A DNA stretch of 50,340 bases from Emiliania huxleyi CCMP1516 (GCF_000372725.1 NW_005201231.1:244679-295018), one strand, 5' to 3'. Positions 10,863 to 22,525 are shown, counted from the first letter of the stretch. A program made the numbers and translations. The notes: generated by a model not told the origin, from the sequence alone.

Positions 10863-12378
10863 GGGCGAGGGCGAGGGCGAGGGCGAGGAGGGCGCGGGGC
10901 GAGCCGCGGACGCGCGCATCTACACGAGCTGGCAGCTGCTCGCCACCGGCACCGGCCGCGTCGCCTCGCGCAACCCGAACGTGCAGCAGGTGCCTCGCGC
11001 GTCGCCGGAGCCGGTTCCCGGCGCTGCGAGCGGAGGGGCGAGCGAGGTGCGCGTGTGCGTGCGGTCCGCCATGCGACGGCTCAGTCGCCAGGCATGTCTC
11101 ACTCAACCACTCACCCACAGGTGCGCGTGTGCGTGCGGTCCGCCTTTGTCGCCTCGGCAGGGGCTGTCCTCGTCTCTGCAGACTACCGGCGACAAGAGAC
11201 GTGCTTTGCCCATCGCCCCTCCTCTCCCGGTCTCCGAGCCTCCCCGTAGCCGTGCCGCAGGCAGCTGGAGATGCGCCTGCTCGCCGCCTTCTCCGAGGCT
11301 CGAGATATGGGAGATATGGGGGTATATGGGGAGATGCGCCTGCTCGCCGCCTTCTCCGAGGCCGGCTCGCATGCCGCGCGCGCGCTGAGGGCGGCGGCGT
11401 CTCTTCACACCTGCGCCGGCCGGTGAGCAGGACCCGCTCCTGGCCCGGATGCTCCACTCGAACGAGGACCTCTTCCGCTCGATCGCCGCCGCCTTCTTCA
11501 AGCGAGAGGTCGGCGCCGTCTCCGCCGCGGAGCGCGAGAAGACCAAGCAGCTCTGCTACGCTCTCTGCTACGGGCTCGGGCCAGAGCAGCTCGGAGGCCA
11601 CCTCAAGATCAGCACGCCGGAGGCGCGGCGGCTCAAGGAGGACTTCCTTCGCTGCTTCGGCGGCATGGGGGCGCCGCCGTGGAGCACGCCACGGCGCGAG
11701 CGGCGCCTCGTCACGCGCGCAGCTGTGAGCAGGCATGCGCGCGTTCATGGAGAAGGTCAAGGCGCGCGCGCGGAGGTGCGGCAGGACGACGACCATCGGG
11801 GGGCGCATCCGGCAGCTCGCAGACATCAACTCGCGCGACTTCACCGCCCGTGCGCGAGCCGAGCGCCAGGCGAGCGGCTCTCGGTGGCCAAAGCACTTGG
11901 CCACAGGCGCCCAGCTGAACAACGGAGCGAGGCGCAACTGTTCAGGCGATCAACTCGACGATCCAGGGCTCCGCGGCAGACATCGCCAAGGAGGCGATGA
12001 TCCGCTGCTGCGAGGAGCTGTCTGCCCACAACCTCCCCGCGCGGCTGATTGCGCAGATCCACGACGAGCTGTTGCTCGAGGTGCGTGAATGAAGAACAAT
12101 GTGTACCGATAATTGATGATGATGATAATAATTACGACGAGCTGCTCGAGGTGCTCCCCATCTCTCCTCATCTCTCCCCATATCTCCCCATATCTCCCCG
12201 TATCTCGCTCCTGCTCGAGGTGCGTGACGAGGCGCTCGCGCAGACCGTCACGAGCGTCCGACGCGCCATGGAGGAGATGCAGGGCGTGTTCGCCGCCTTC
12301 CCGCTGCCGCGGCTGCCTGCCGAGGTGCGGGTCGGTCGCGACTGGGCGCACATGCGCCCCTTTGACGAGCAAGCGTGA
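6669..12378 (+). CDS. Family A DNA polymerase (Pol theta/Pol nu-like, no helicase domain seen); 15 predicted introns: 7407-7491, 7792-7860, 8177-8362, 8902-8969, 9006-9397, 9813-10108, 10230-10527, 10595-10661, 10698-10767, 11047-11120, 11189-11260, 11298-11430, 11663-11732, 11870-11945, 12081-12219
   Basis: The spliced product contains NLGSPQQVSEALY, TGTGRVASRNPNVQQVPR, motif A ADYRQLEMRLLA, motif B REKTKQLCYALCYG, RQAINSTIQGSAADIAK and motif C QIHDELLLEV. The 5' exon structure is less certain than the catalytic part. Confidence 0.9.
9067..9421 (+). repeat. Five tandem 71-bp copies of an intron acceptor plus exon start
   Basis: Unit CTCGAGGCTGTGAACGG...GATGGCGTGG starts at 9067, 9138, 9209, 9280 and 9351. 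Confidence 0.95.
9813..10108 (+). repeat. Four tandem 74-bp units (40 nt exon copy + 34 nt filler) forming one predicted intron
   Basis: GCTCGCCGCAGCAGG...GCCCATAG x4 = 296 nt, followed by the true exon copy. Confidence 0.95.
10230..10527 (+). repeat. Four tandem ~75-bp units (GGGGAGATAT filler + upstream exon copy) forming one predicted intron
   Basis: GCTCGAGATATGGGGAG...CCTCGCCAG x4 = 298 nt. Confidence 0.95.
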
Positions 12379-13107
12379 GGCCGAGGGTAGCTCTTGAGGG
12401 AAAGAGGGACACCGCCCGGACTTGCGCGCCCCTTGCGGGTCATGGCGCCGGCGCGCTTGAGAGGGTCTCTCCTCTGGAGCGCGCGTGGCGGGACAGGGCT
12501 CGCGAAGGCGCTGGAGCGTGGCGGATGGCGGCGGGGTACTGTACGGTTGCATACACGTATGGGCGGACTCGCCGGATTCACACACGCTCTGCTCGCGTCC
12601 GTGTCGAGACGAGCGCGTCGTCCGTGACCAGTCTCCGTATCTACATACATACGCAGAGAAATTTGCGCCCGGTCCCCGGAGAGTCTATTCACACACCACG
12701 CAGACCGCCACCAGCGGAAACAACGGTACCTTTAAGGTACGCAGACAGGCGACAGGGCAGGTGGTGGTGGTGGTCTGGTGGTGGTGTAAAATAAGGGAGA
12801 CGGCGCGTTTGGCCGCGAACGGAGCCTTGCTAGACGAGTAGGCCATGCTCTGGCGGCGGCTCGCGAGCGGCGCTGCACGCGCGGTACAAGCCCGGCCGGG
12901 GCGCTGGGAGCCTATTCACAGAGGGCCCAACGGGGATTTCTCGCTCGAGATTTTTCGCTTCGCTGCGCGGCCTGGGAATTGGTAGGTAGGTGGGGGGCAC
13001 GGAGCCTGGCGGTTGGCGCCCGCGCCGCGGGGTTTTTTTTCGGAGCCGCCCGCCGCTCTCTCCTCCTCTCGCCGCCGCTCTCCTCCTCTCGCTGGCCTCT
13101 CTCCTCG

Positions 13108-16100
13108 ATGGCCGGCATCTCCGCCGATGACGAGCTCCTTCACGCCGCCGCCACACCCGACGATGAGCTCCGTGCGGCCACCGAGGCACGGGCGCCGCCC
13201 GCCAACGAGCACAACTCGTCGGATGAGGGCGTCACCGACGACCACGGCTCCGATGATGAAGGTAGCTACGACGTTTCGCCTGGCGCGTGGATCGTGCTCC
13301 ACAGCCTACAGGGGAAGCCTGCACTCAACGGCATGGTCGGCTTTGCCCTGGAAGCCACCAGCGGTGCCGGTGGCGAGAGCCGGTGGCTGGTCCAGCTCAT
13401 GCCCTCCTGCGAGCGTCTCAAGGTGAAGCCCGCGAACTTTCAAGTGGTCGCCCCCGCCGATTGGAAGCAGGGGTCCGAGCCCGAAAGGGCGGCCGCCGAG
13501 CGCTTCGCGCGATGCATCCTCGAGGCCTTCGCCGACAGCAGCGGCCCGGCGAAGCTAGCCTTTCCGATTTGCGAGAGTCACCACAACAAATCGCGCAGCG
13601 TCGTCCACGGGGTGGCTCGCGACATGCCGGACCTCTTCTACGAGACGCGGTCGACGGGGCCCAAGGATAACCGGCAGCTGGTCGTGGAGCGGATCGAGAA
13701 GCCGCCGCTCGCGCTGCCGCCACCGAGCGACGCTGCGGGCGCCTCCGACGACCTGTCCCTCTCCAAGTTTGACGAGCTCTGCTTGCTGCTCAACGCCATG
13801 GATGCGGTGCCGAACGAGACGGGGGCAATAGAAAAGCGCAAGCGCATGAGCGCAAGGTTCTGGCGCGGCCTGGCGCCTTCGGGACGCGCGCGGCCGCGGC
13901 ATGCGAGACCCGGCCTCTTCGCCGTCATGCGTCTGCTGGTGCCTCACCACGACTCTCGGCGGTATGGCCTCTCCACGGAGAGGCTGGCCGCCACGTTTGC
14001 GGAGGGGCTGGGGATCGGCAAGCCGCGCGCCAAGGGGATCGGCAAGGCGTGGATGCTCGACGAGAGCGTGGCGCTCGGAGTCACGGGCGACGTCTCGCTG
14101 GTGCTGGAGGCGCTCGCAGTGGAGCGGATCGACCCGCGGCGCGATACGATCCTCACCGTCGGCGCCGTCAACAAGGCTCTCGACGCGATGCAGAATGCCG
14201 GCAAGGTTGATCTGCTGCTGGGCCTGGCGGCGCGGGTCGCCAAGCCGCGCGAGATCAAGTGGCTGACGCGCATTGTGCTGCGTGACCTGCGGATTGGCTC
14301 GCGCCCGAGCAATCCCGTGCCGCAGAAGGGACGCCCCTTCGCGCGTACTCAGTAAGTGATATCTTCCACACACGTACCCCAGCCCCTCTGTCCAAGCTAG
14401 GCGAGTACCCCAAGCTCGTCATGGACGGCCTCTGCCGCGCCAAGGGGCGGCTCGGCAAGCCCTCCGACCAGAGCGCGGGCTCGCCGCCCATGATGTACGC
14501 GACGCTGCGCTACCAGAACAACTTGGAGCGCGTGTGCGAGGCGGCGGAGCGCGGCGTGCTTCCGCGAGCCTACCCGCCACCAGTGCAGCTCGGCATACAC
14601 GTAAGAGCGCAGCTGAGCGTGCCGTGCCCCAACCTCGATGCCGCCGCGCGGCAGCTCGGCACCAACGACGTCTTCATCGAGACGAAGTTCGATGGGTTCC
14701 GATTTCAGTTGCACTGGCACGGGCGCGACAGGCAAATGCGCTGTTTCTACCGCAGCGGCGTCGAGTGCACGGCCGACGTCGGCGACCTGCTCCCGGCGGT
14801 GGAGCTGGCGCTTGGCGGCGATCCCGAGCAGGTGCTGCGCCGCGACGCTACCGACGAGGCGACGCGCTTGCGTTTCACGTGGCTCGAAAAGGCGTGGGCG
14901 AAGGTCACGCCGGAGCAGCGCGCGGCTTTCACGCACAACACGGCGGACCTCGTGCTCGACGGCGAACTGCTCGTATACGACGAGTCGATGACACCAAAGG
15001 GCCTCTACGACGAGCTCGGCACGCGATCCGGCATCGCCGCCTTTGGCACCAACTTTTGGGTGCGGCAGACGGCCGACGGCAAGCCGTCAGGCTACTCGCG
15101 GGAGGACGCGCGCCGCCACTACCTTGTCAAGGTGTTTGACGTGCTGCGGTGCGGCAACACTTCCGAGAGGCTTCCGAGACGCTTCCGAGACACCTCCGAG
15201 ACACTTCCGAGACACCTCCGCAGGTACAACGGCGAGGAGATTCTGCGCCGGCCGCTGCACGAGCGGCGCGAGCTGCTCGAGTCGGGCCGCTGCTTCATCG
15301 CCCTACCGCACTACTTGGAGCTGACGCAGAGCGATCGCGTCGACCTGGCCTCGCCGGAGGGACCGCTGCAGGCCGCCTTTGACGAGGCGCGGGCGGCGCA
15401 GGCCGAGGGCTTGATGGTCAAGGCGGCGCACCAGCCTTACGTGCCAAACGGCCGCACCAATGTGCTCAAGTGTAAGGTCGAGTTCATACCTGGCCTCGGC
15501 GACACCGTCACACTGCTGCTGCTGGGGGCGCGTGTGCCGCGAACGCTCGGCGCCGGCGACGAGGCGAGCATGCTGGTGGAGTTCGCCATTGGCGCGCGCG
15601 AGTCGGATGCGGCAGCTGCGCCACTTGTGTGGCTCTTCAACACTTCGGCGCTGCCTTGGCGCGGCTCCTCGCTGACCCAGCCGATGCTCAAGCGGCTCTA
15701 CTTATGCCTGACTGAGGGCTGGGGGCACCGGCCCGCCCTAATGAACCGGCTAGGCGTGGACGAGCCGCCACCGGCATGGATGCGGCAGTGCCCCACAAGC
15801 ACGATGGCGCGGCCCCATTGGGTGCTGCTGGATCCCGAAAGCGCGCCCGTCGTCGAGGTGATGGGCTCGCGCTTCTTGCGGCGGTACAACCAGGACCAGG
15901 ACGCGTCGTCCAACCGGTCGCTCCCGTGGACGATCCGCTTCCCGCGCGTGGCGAGGTGGTTCGAGGAGACGGACGGCGTGGTCGTGGACACCGTCGCGAG
16001 CTTCCGCGCCAAGGCGGTCGCCGCGTTCAGCTCGAGCGGCCCGCAGGACGACGACGACGACGGCGCAGAGGAGGAGGCGCCCGCCGAGCCGCTGGTTCCG

Positions 16101-16592
16101 CTGAAGCCGCTCACGTGGCACCTCGCCCCACCATCGGTGCCCGTCGAGATGCCCGAGACCAGTCGGTGGCAGGCGGAGCTGCGCGACGCCGCGCCGCCCA
16201 CCCCCGCCTCGTCCAGCTCGTCCATGCCGTCGATGCGTTCGCCCAGAGGGCCGGCCGCGAGGCGATCCGGCTACCCCGGGGACGCAGCGAGCAAGGCCAA
16301 GCAGCAGCCCTTCACCGAGGTGCCGCCAACCACTACGCTGCTCGACGTGGACGAGGCGACGAGGCAGCTGCACAAGGCTAAGACGGCGATCGTGCAGTGC
16401 TCCGACGGCACGCTGTACTACTTGCGGGGCATCGACGCGGGCGGGGCTGTCGTGCAGCCTCTGCACGACGGCGGCGAGCGGACACACCCTCTCTCGAGAC
16501 TCCGACAGCTCACCGGCTACGACAGCGACGAAGTCGGGCTGTTGGATGACCCGCGAGTGAGCCTTGCAAAGCGCCAACGCAGAGGGGCGTGA
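13108..16592 (+). CDS. ATP-dependent DNA ligase with N-terminal SH3/KOW-like and R3H-like domains; predicted introns ~14345-14400 and 15149-15223
   Basis: Motif I IETKFDGFR, III LVLDGEL, IIIa VFDVL, IV EGLMVK, V LKCKVEFIPGLGD, VI IRFPRV; ligase DNA-binding-domain features (MRLLVP, GDVS, LTVGAVNKALD, EIKWLTRIVLRDL). Confidence 0.92.
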
Positions 16593-16804
16593 GGTCTCTG
16601 GATCTCCCGTCTGTGCGCTCACGATGCGGCGGCGGCGAAGCTTAGTACACTATATACGTAGAAGCGTGTACTTACCACGCAAGGCTCTAGCGTCTAGCGC
16701 GGGTCGTCTACTCTCGTGCGTCTGATGCGTTGCTGAGCGCCGCTATCTTGTGAGCGTAAATACACACACGCACGCATATGTACTGTGTACAGCTGTACAG
16801 CTCA

Positions 16805-17563
16805 TGTCTCACAAGATGATGCACAACGGCCAAGACGATGGCGAGGACGAGGAGACACGGGACGACGGCAGGCGAGACGAGGAGGACGGAGGCGAGGGCA
16901 GAGACAGCGCCGCAGTCGACGGAGGCGACAACGATGGAGAAGGGGAGGGAACGAAAAAGCGCACAGAGGATGAGGATATAAACTGGGACGACGCAGCGGA
17001 GGGGATAGACGAGGGAATCGAGGGACCGGAGGGCTTTCGCGACAGCGACGATGACGACGAAGTAGGGGGAGAAGACGGAGGGGCGACACGCAGGAGGAGC
17101 AAAATCGCGAACGGCCCGAGCAGAGAGGGCGACGGCGGAGCACGAGGGGGCAGCGGAAACGCTACCAATGACGCGAACCGAGGCACGGGCGACGGCGGGG
17201 ACGGGGAGGGCGACAGCGACGTCGAGGTTGACGCAACGGTATCGAGAGCGCCACCCAAAAGGAGCCGGACAGCCATGGAGGTCACCGAATGGAGGGCGAA
17301 CGGCACAATACGAAAAGGCAGGGCGAGGCGGATGGAGAAAGAAGTGCCGAGAAGGCCATGGTGGAGGGGAGGGACGGGAGGACGAAAGAAGGGCGAGGAG
17401 GACGAGCGGCCCGCACAGGCCGCGAGCAGACAGCGCCTGCTGGCCATCTCGAGACATTCGCAAAGAACGCTAGCTACATGGGAGGGCTTCGTGAAGGATG
17501 GATTGAAACACATTCGAACAAAGAAGAGGCGACGGGAGGAACCGGCAGAGGATGCAGTGACGT

Positions 17564-17565
<2 letters not shown>
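16805..17565 (+). CDS. Acidic/basic low-complexity ORF ending at a (CA)n tract; possibly a retroelement 3' end
   Basis: About 250 open codons; stop codon abuts the microsatellite; no domain recognised. Confidence 0.25.

Positions 17566-17650
<85 letters not shown>
17565..17650. repeat. (CA)n microsatellite
   Basis: About 43 perfect AC units. Confidence 0.98.
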
Positions 17651-17651
<1 letters not shown>

Positions 17652-17967
17652 GCTCACGCACGCGCACCGGGCCTTGCACTTTAAATGCCGTGGGGCTCCT
17701 GTCGTTAGACGTGGAGACGCGAGGGTTGCCCCCCCTTGCCCCACCACCTCGTGTGTGTGGAGAAGTTTACCTTACCTTACCTTACCTGATGCATGATTGC
17801 AATTTCTGGATCTCGTGTCGGGCATGAGTGTTTGCGTTGAGCGGGGTGGGGTGCGCCCCAAGCCCGCAGACCCACGCCCTCCCCCTTCTTTGCTATAAGC
17901 GGATTCGCCGAGCGAGACTCGCACACGGAATCGCTCGACACTTGCACGGTCGCGCACAAAAGACCTA

Positions 17968-18135
17968 AACGTGCACAACACTGGGCACGTCAGGGCACGT
18001 GACACTGCTCACTGGGCACGTATAAACTGGGCACGTGACACTGGCACGTGCGTGACTTGCGCACCGGCACCAATTTGCACAACACCGGACTTGCGCACCA
18101 CTGGCACGGGACTTGCGCACCGGGACGTGCAAGTT
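17968..18135. repeat. Cluster of short GGCACGTG / GACTTGCGCACC direct repeats
   Basis: At least five GGCACGT and three GACTTGCGCACC copies; resembles transposon subterminal repeats. Confidence 0.6.
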
Positions 18136-19018
18136 GCTCAACACGCTGCTGTGCCTGCTCAGCACGCAGCCGCGCTGCATGCGCAAGTGCTGTGAAAGCA
18201 TCGCCTTCCGCAACCCATCCGCCGCATATCGCGTCCGCCATATCAGCCATACCCGTCGCCCCATCGGCCAGCCCGAGGTTGAAATGCACGCGAGCCAGAT
18301 AACGGTCGCGCACAGCGTGGAGCGCGAGCTGCTGCTGCGTCAAAGATGCCTCCTGCTGTAGCCTGGCCGTCTCGCTCTCAAACTCGTTGTGGAGGCTCTG
18401 CTCGCGCATCGCGTCGGTGACGATGAAAGCACCGTGCCTACGATGGTGTAATCCAACTCAGCGCTGTACGAGTGGCGCGGCACAAGAGCTGAGACCGCCC
18501 GCGGCAGGCGCTCTTGGCGTCTGTCTCAGGGCCTGCGAGGCGGACTTCACGGCCATCGCGCACACAGCGGGGAGATGGCTTCGCTACGCCGCGACGTTGC
18601 CTCGCCGCCTCGCTCATGCAGCACCCGTTGCGCCTGCAGCGATCGGCACTACGGTCAGGAACTGCCACACGTGCCTTTGGGGAATCAGCTGGGACCAATG
18701 AGATCAGCTACCTCTCTCTCTCTCTTTCTCTCTCCCGTGCGGTTGTGAGGAGCTTTGCGATTTACCACCGAGCTTCACGGGAGTCGCGTTCGGATGACCG
18801 CTCGGCTTCGTTCATGCAGACCTCGTCGGAGAATGCTGCGAGGAAGTCGTCCAGCCTCTGCAGACCCCTGCGGCGTTTCACGCGTGGCTCGTGCGACATA
18901 TTTCCTCCTCTTGGTCGCCTGGCCGCAAGGCAAAGCGACGTTGTCCACGCTGCGCTGATGTCACCGCGAGGCTGCGACCCTATCAAGGTCGCGCTCGGAA
19001 CCAGCGCGGCATTTCATG

Positions 19019-20147
19019 GTGAGTCTATCAGTAAGCGCCGGGTTAGCGTGGGTTCCACCGGGTTAGTGCTCCACTAACCCAGCACGGGTCAGCACGGGTT
19101 AGAACGGGTTACCATAACCCGACGCTAACCCGGCACTAACCCGGCACTAACCCATCCTAACGTATGCCCCCGAGCAGCGCGGGTTAGCGCCGGGTTAGTC
19201 TCGGGTTAGTCTCGGGTTAGTCTCGGGTTAGGTTTGGGTTAGAGCTCTACGGCTCGTTCCGCCCCTCTCTCGTGCGTTCACTCACTCGCCACACCACAAA
19301 AACAACTCTCTCCACACCACAGGCAGCGTCGGTCGCCTTGGCACAGGTGGCGGCCACAGCAGCCGCGTGCAGCGGCGCGCGAGCGCGCTCGGCCTGGTTG
19401 CTCTCTTCGGCAGCCGATGCCGCCTGGGCAGCCACTGCCGCGGCAGCCTTGGCGCTCGCCGCCGCAAAGATTTGAGCCGACGAAGGCCGGGGACGAAACT
19501 CAGCCGGTCGCTGCCCGTTGGAGGATGAACAGACGCAGCGCTACGAGCTGGCACGCTCGTGCCAAAGGCAAAGTTGCTCGTGCGATGTGCCGCCGCTTCC
19601 CTCAAGTGACGATCGTACTGGTGCTTCGATACACCGAGCGGAAAGAGCATGCCGCACGAGTCTTTGGCGCACGTGTAGCCGACGGCCTTAGCAAGCGCCT
19701 TGGACCCGTCCGAACTGCGCACGCGGGTGTTCTTCTCAATGAGCAGCTTGGCATCCACGGCCTTCTGCAGCCAAGGCTCCATCGCGGAGGTCGGCTCGGG
19801 TGCCCGCCGCAGCCGTTTCATACACACCGTGCCCTCGCAGTCCGAATCGTGGCGCCCGCCTTATTTGGTGGGCGTAACGGTCGCGGGACGGACCAAAATC
19901 ACCCTCGAGGTCTTGCGGTTCATCTCGCCAACCAGCTCTAACCCGGGGTGCGCTGCACTAACCCGGCCCTAACCCACCCCTAACCCGGCGCAGACCCATG
20001 CTGACGTATGCCCCCCAGTCGCACGGGTTAGTGCCGGGTTAGTGCCGGGTTAGTGCCGGGTTATGGTAACCCATTCTGACCCGTGCTAACCCGTGCCGGG
20101 TTAGTGAGCACTAACCCGCGCTAACCCGCGCTTACTGATAGACTCAC
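19019..20147. mobile_element. Non-autonomous TIR element with ~220-bp TAACCC-rich TIRs and 6-bp TSD
   Basis: Termini GTGAGTCTATCAGTAAGCGC / GCGCTTACTGATAGACTCAC; arms 19019-19246 and 19934-20147; TTCATG at 19013-19018 and 20148-20153; internal minus-strand ORF with C-x4-C...H-x6-H. Confidence 0.85.
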
Positions 20148-20273
20148 TTCATGCTCGTCGTCTAGGTACTTGTAGCACCTTTGCGACTCAAGGGGCGGCG
20201 GTGGGGCCTGGTAGCAAAGTTTGCAAGGGGACATCCAAGGTGTCAAAGAAGGCAGGGTCGAGGACAGGTAGGG

Positions 20274-20670
20274 CAAAGCAAAGGCATGGCGAAGACAAAG
20301 ACATAGCTTAGCAAAGACAAAGACATCAAAGACATACATAGCTTAGCTTAGCAAAGACAAAGCTACATAGCTTAGCTTAGCAAAGACAAAGACAAAGACA
20401 TACATAGCGTAGCTTAGCAAAGACATACACAGCTTAGCAAAGACAAAGACATACAGCTTAGTAGCTTAGCAAAGACAAAGACATACATAGCTAGCTTAGC
20501 AAAGACAAAGACATACATAGCTTAGCAAAGACATACATAGCTTAGTAGCAAAGACAAAGACATACATAGCTTAGCTTAGCAAGCTTAGCAAAGACATCAT
20601 AGCAGCAAAGACATCATAGGAGACACATCATAGGTTCATAGCCTAGGAGACATCATAGGAGACATCATAG
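20274..20670. repeat. AT-rich degenerate satellite (GCTTA / GCAAAGACAAAGACATACATA units grading into GACATCATAGGA)
   Basis: Directly visible tandem repetition. Confidence 0.9.
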
Positions 20671-20958
20671 CCTACAGTGGGTTGCGGGCATTAAGAAAAC
20701 AGGATTCGGCGGCACGCCGCCGTTTCTAAGCCTTTCCACAGCCCTCATCCACCCCACGCCGTGGTTTCTTAGCTCCGGCCGGCACTCAGGCCAGAGCCGC
20801 CCCCCTAAGGATTTTAGGTAAGAGGTAAGCTGCGGTCCGCGAGGGCGATGCCAGAGTCTGCCGCCGAGTCGGCTCTCTGGATGACGGGAAGACGCACACA
20901 CGCCTCCATCTCCACTCCACTCAGAACACCGTAGACTTGGAAAGTGACAAGTGCGCGC

Positions 20959-21291
20959 CTAGGAGGGTTGGGCTAGGAGGGTTGGGCTAGGAGGGTTGGG
21001 CTAGGAGGGTTGGGCTAGGAGGGTTGGGCTAGGAGGGTTGGGCTAGGAGGGTTGGGCTAGGAGGGTTGGGCTAGGAGGGTTGGGCTAGGAGGGTTGGGCT
21101 AGGAGGGTTGGGCTAGGAGGGTTGGGCTAGGAGGGTTGGGCTAGGAGGGTTGGGCTAGGAGGGTTGGGCTAGGAGGGTTGGGCTAGGAGGGTTGGGCTAG
21201 GAGGGTTGGGCTAGGAGGGTTGGGCTAGGAGGGTTGGGCTAGGAGGGTTGGGCTAGGAGGGTTGGGCTAGGAGGGTTGGGCTAGGAGGGTT
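20959..21291. repeat. Perfect 14-bp tandem repeat (CTAGGAGGGTTGGG), ~24 copies
   Basis: Directly visible; abuts the stop codon at 21292. Confidence 0.98.
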
Positions 21292-22099
21292 TCAGATCTC
21301 ATTCGCGCCGAGCGTCTGGATGGTGACGTTGCACCGCCCGGCATGGGCTACTAGATAGTTGATCGTCTTTTGGAACGCAGCCGGCACCTTGTAGCGGTTC
21401 TCGATATCTCTGTGCCTTGTTGACGCGTCGTGATACTCCAGAAAGACGGCGTCGAGCTGACAGAGCACGCCATGCGCGAGCATATTGGGCAGCACGTTGT
21501 ACTCCTCGCCCTCGACATCGAGCTTCATCACGACAGCGGGGGGCAGCGCTGCCGACCGCCTCTTGCTGTGTGGCTTCGGTGCTCGGCGGAGCACCTCCCT
21601 GTGCGTCCACCGCGCGAGGTCGACGGTGCGAATGTCGACGTGGCCGCGATCGGCGCTGCTCCCGCCGGCCCGGTCGAGGAGGGAGGAGCCCCACTCATGA
21701 TACATCGGATGCGAACCTAGGATGAAGAAGGGCTGCGTGCCGTCGCGGTTGGAGGCAGCAGTGCCATTCAGGACCAAGATCCTGGCGGGCGCGTACCGCC
21801 GCTTCAGGCCCCGCAGCACATCCGCGTGGTGCGGGTTAGGCTCCATTACCACTGAGCACACAAGCTCAGCGCGGTAAGAGGCGGTCGAAGGTTGGCTTCA
21901 TCCGCGAATTCTTTCCCTCGTAGACGTTTGTGATCTGCACACCGACGTTCGAGCCGATGTCCAGGAAAACGTGATGGCATCCGTTTAACGCAGATTGCTC
22001 TGGCTGGACTGTGCCCATGGCATCGAGGCCAAGCGCGAAGCCGATTGACCCGAACGCCACCAGTGCCGCCGCCGCCGTGGTTGTCGATAGCACACACAT
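21292..22099 (-). pseudogene. FkbM-like SAM-dependent methyltransferase with one frameshift near 21870 (pseudogene or sequence error)
   Basis: HVFLDIGSNVG in ORF 21866-22099; MEPNPHH, VDLARW, VVMKLDVEGEEYNVL and FLEYH in ORF 21292-21861, a different frame. Confidence 0.7.
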
Positions 22100-22525
22100 T
22101 CGTACTCGTCGCCGTGGCGAATGGTTGGGGCAGCTGACCCGTGTGCGGGGTAACCCGCGCGCGGGGAAGCTTCACGGGTTCGAGTCGTCAAACATTGAGC
22201 AGGAGGTGTGCCGAGGGGGACCGGGAGGCGGTAAGCCGTCGTCGCCCGGCGCTGCTTGCAGCACCATGGCGAGGGCGCTAAGAGGTTCCTCTTTTCCGCG
22301 CCCCCCCCGCAAGGCGCGCGATACACCATAGTCAGGGCACGATGCCGGCGTGAACACGACTAACTGACGGATCCGCTCCTGACAGTGGCATGCACCGCGC
22401 TGCGGCCACTGTCTTTGTTTGAAATTAAAAGTCGAATCAGAGCGGCGTCGGCGTTGCCCTGAGTTTTCTCCCCCGGAGCGCCCGTCCGGGACCGCTCCGG
22501 GACGCACGCCGGCGAAGCACCATCC

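Noticed and set aside
6669..16592. Viral or bacterial insertion carrying polymerase and ligase
   Set aside because: Both genes have spliceosomal-type introns and host-like composition; no capsid, integrase or packaging genes.
19040..20130. Interstitial telomere or telomere fusion
   Set aside because: The hexamers are spaced at ~10-11 bp within TIRs bounded by a TSD, not contiguous (TTAGGG)n.
21866..21868. Selenocysteine readthrough at TGA
   Set aside because: The downstream domain is in a different frame, so readthrough would not restore the protein.
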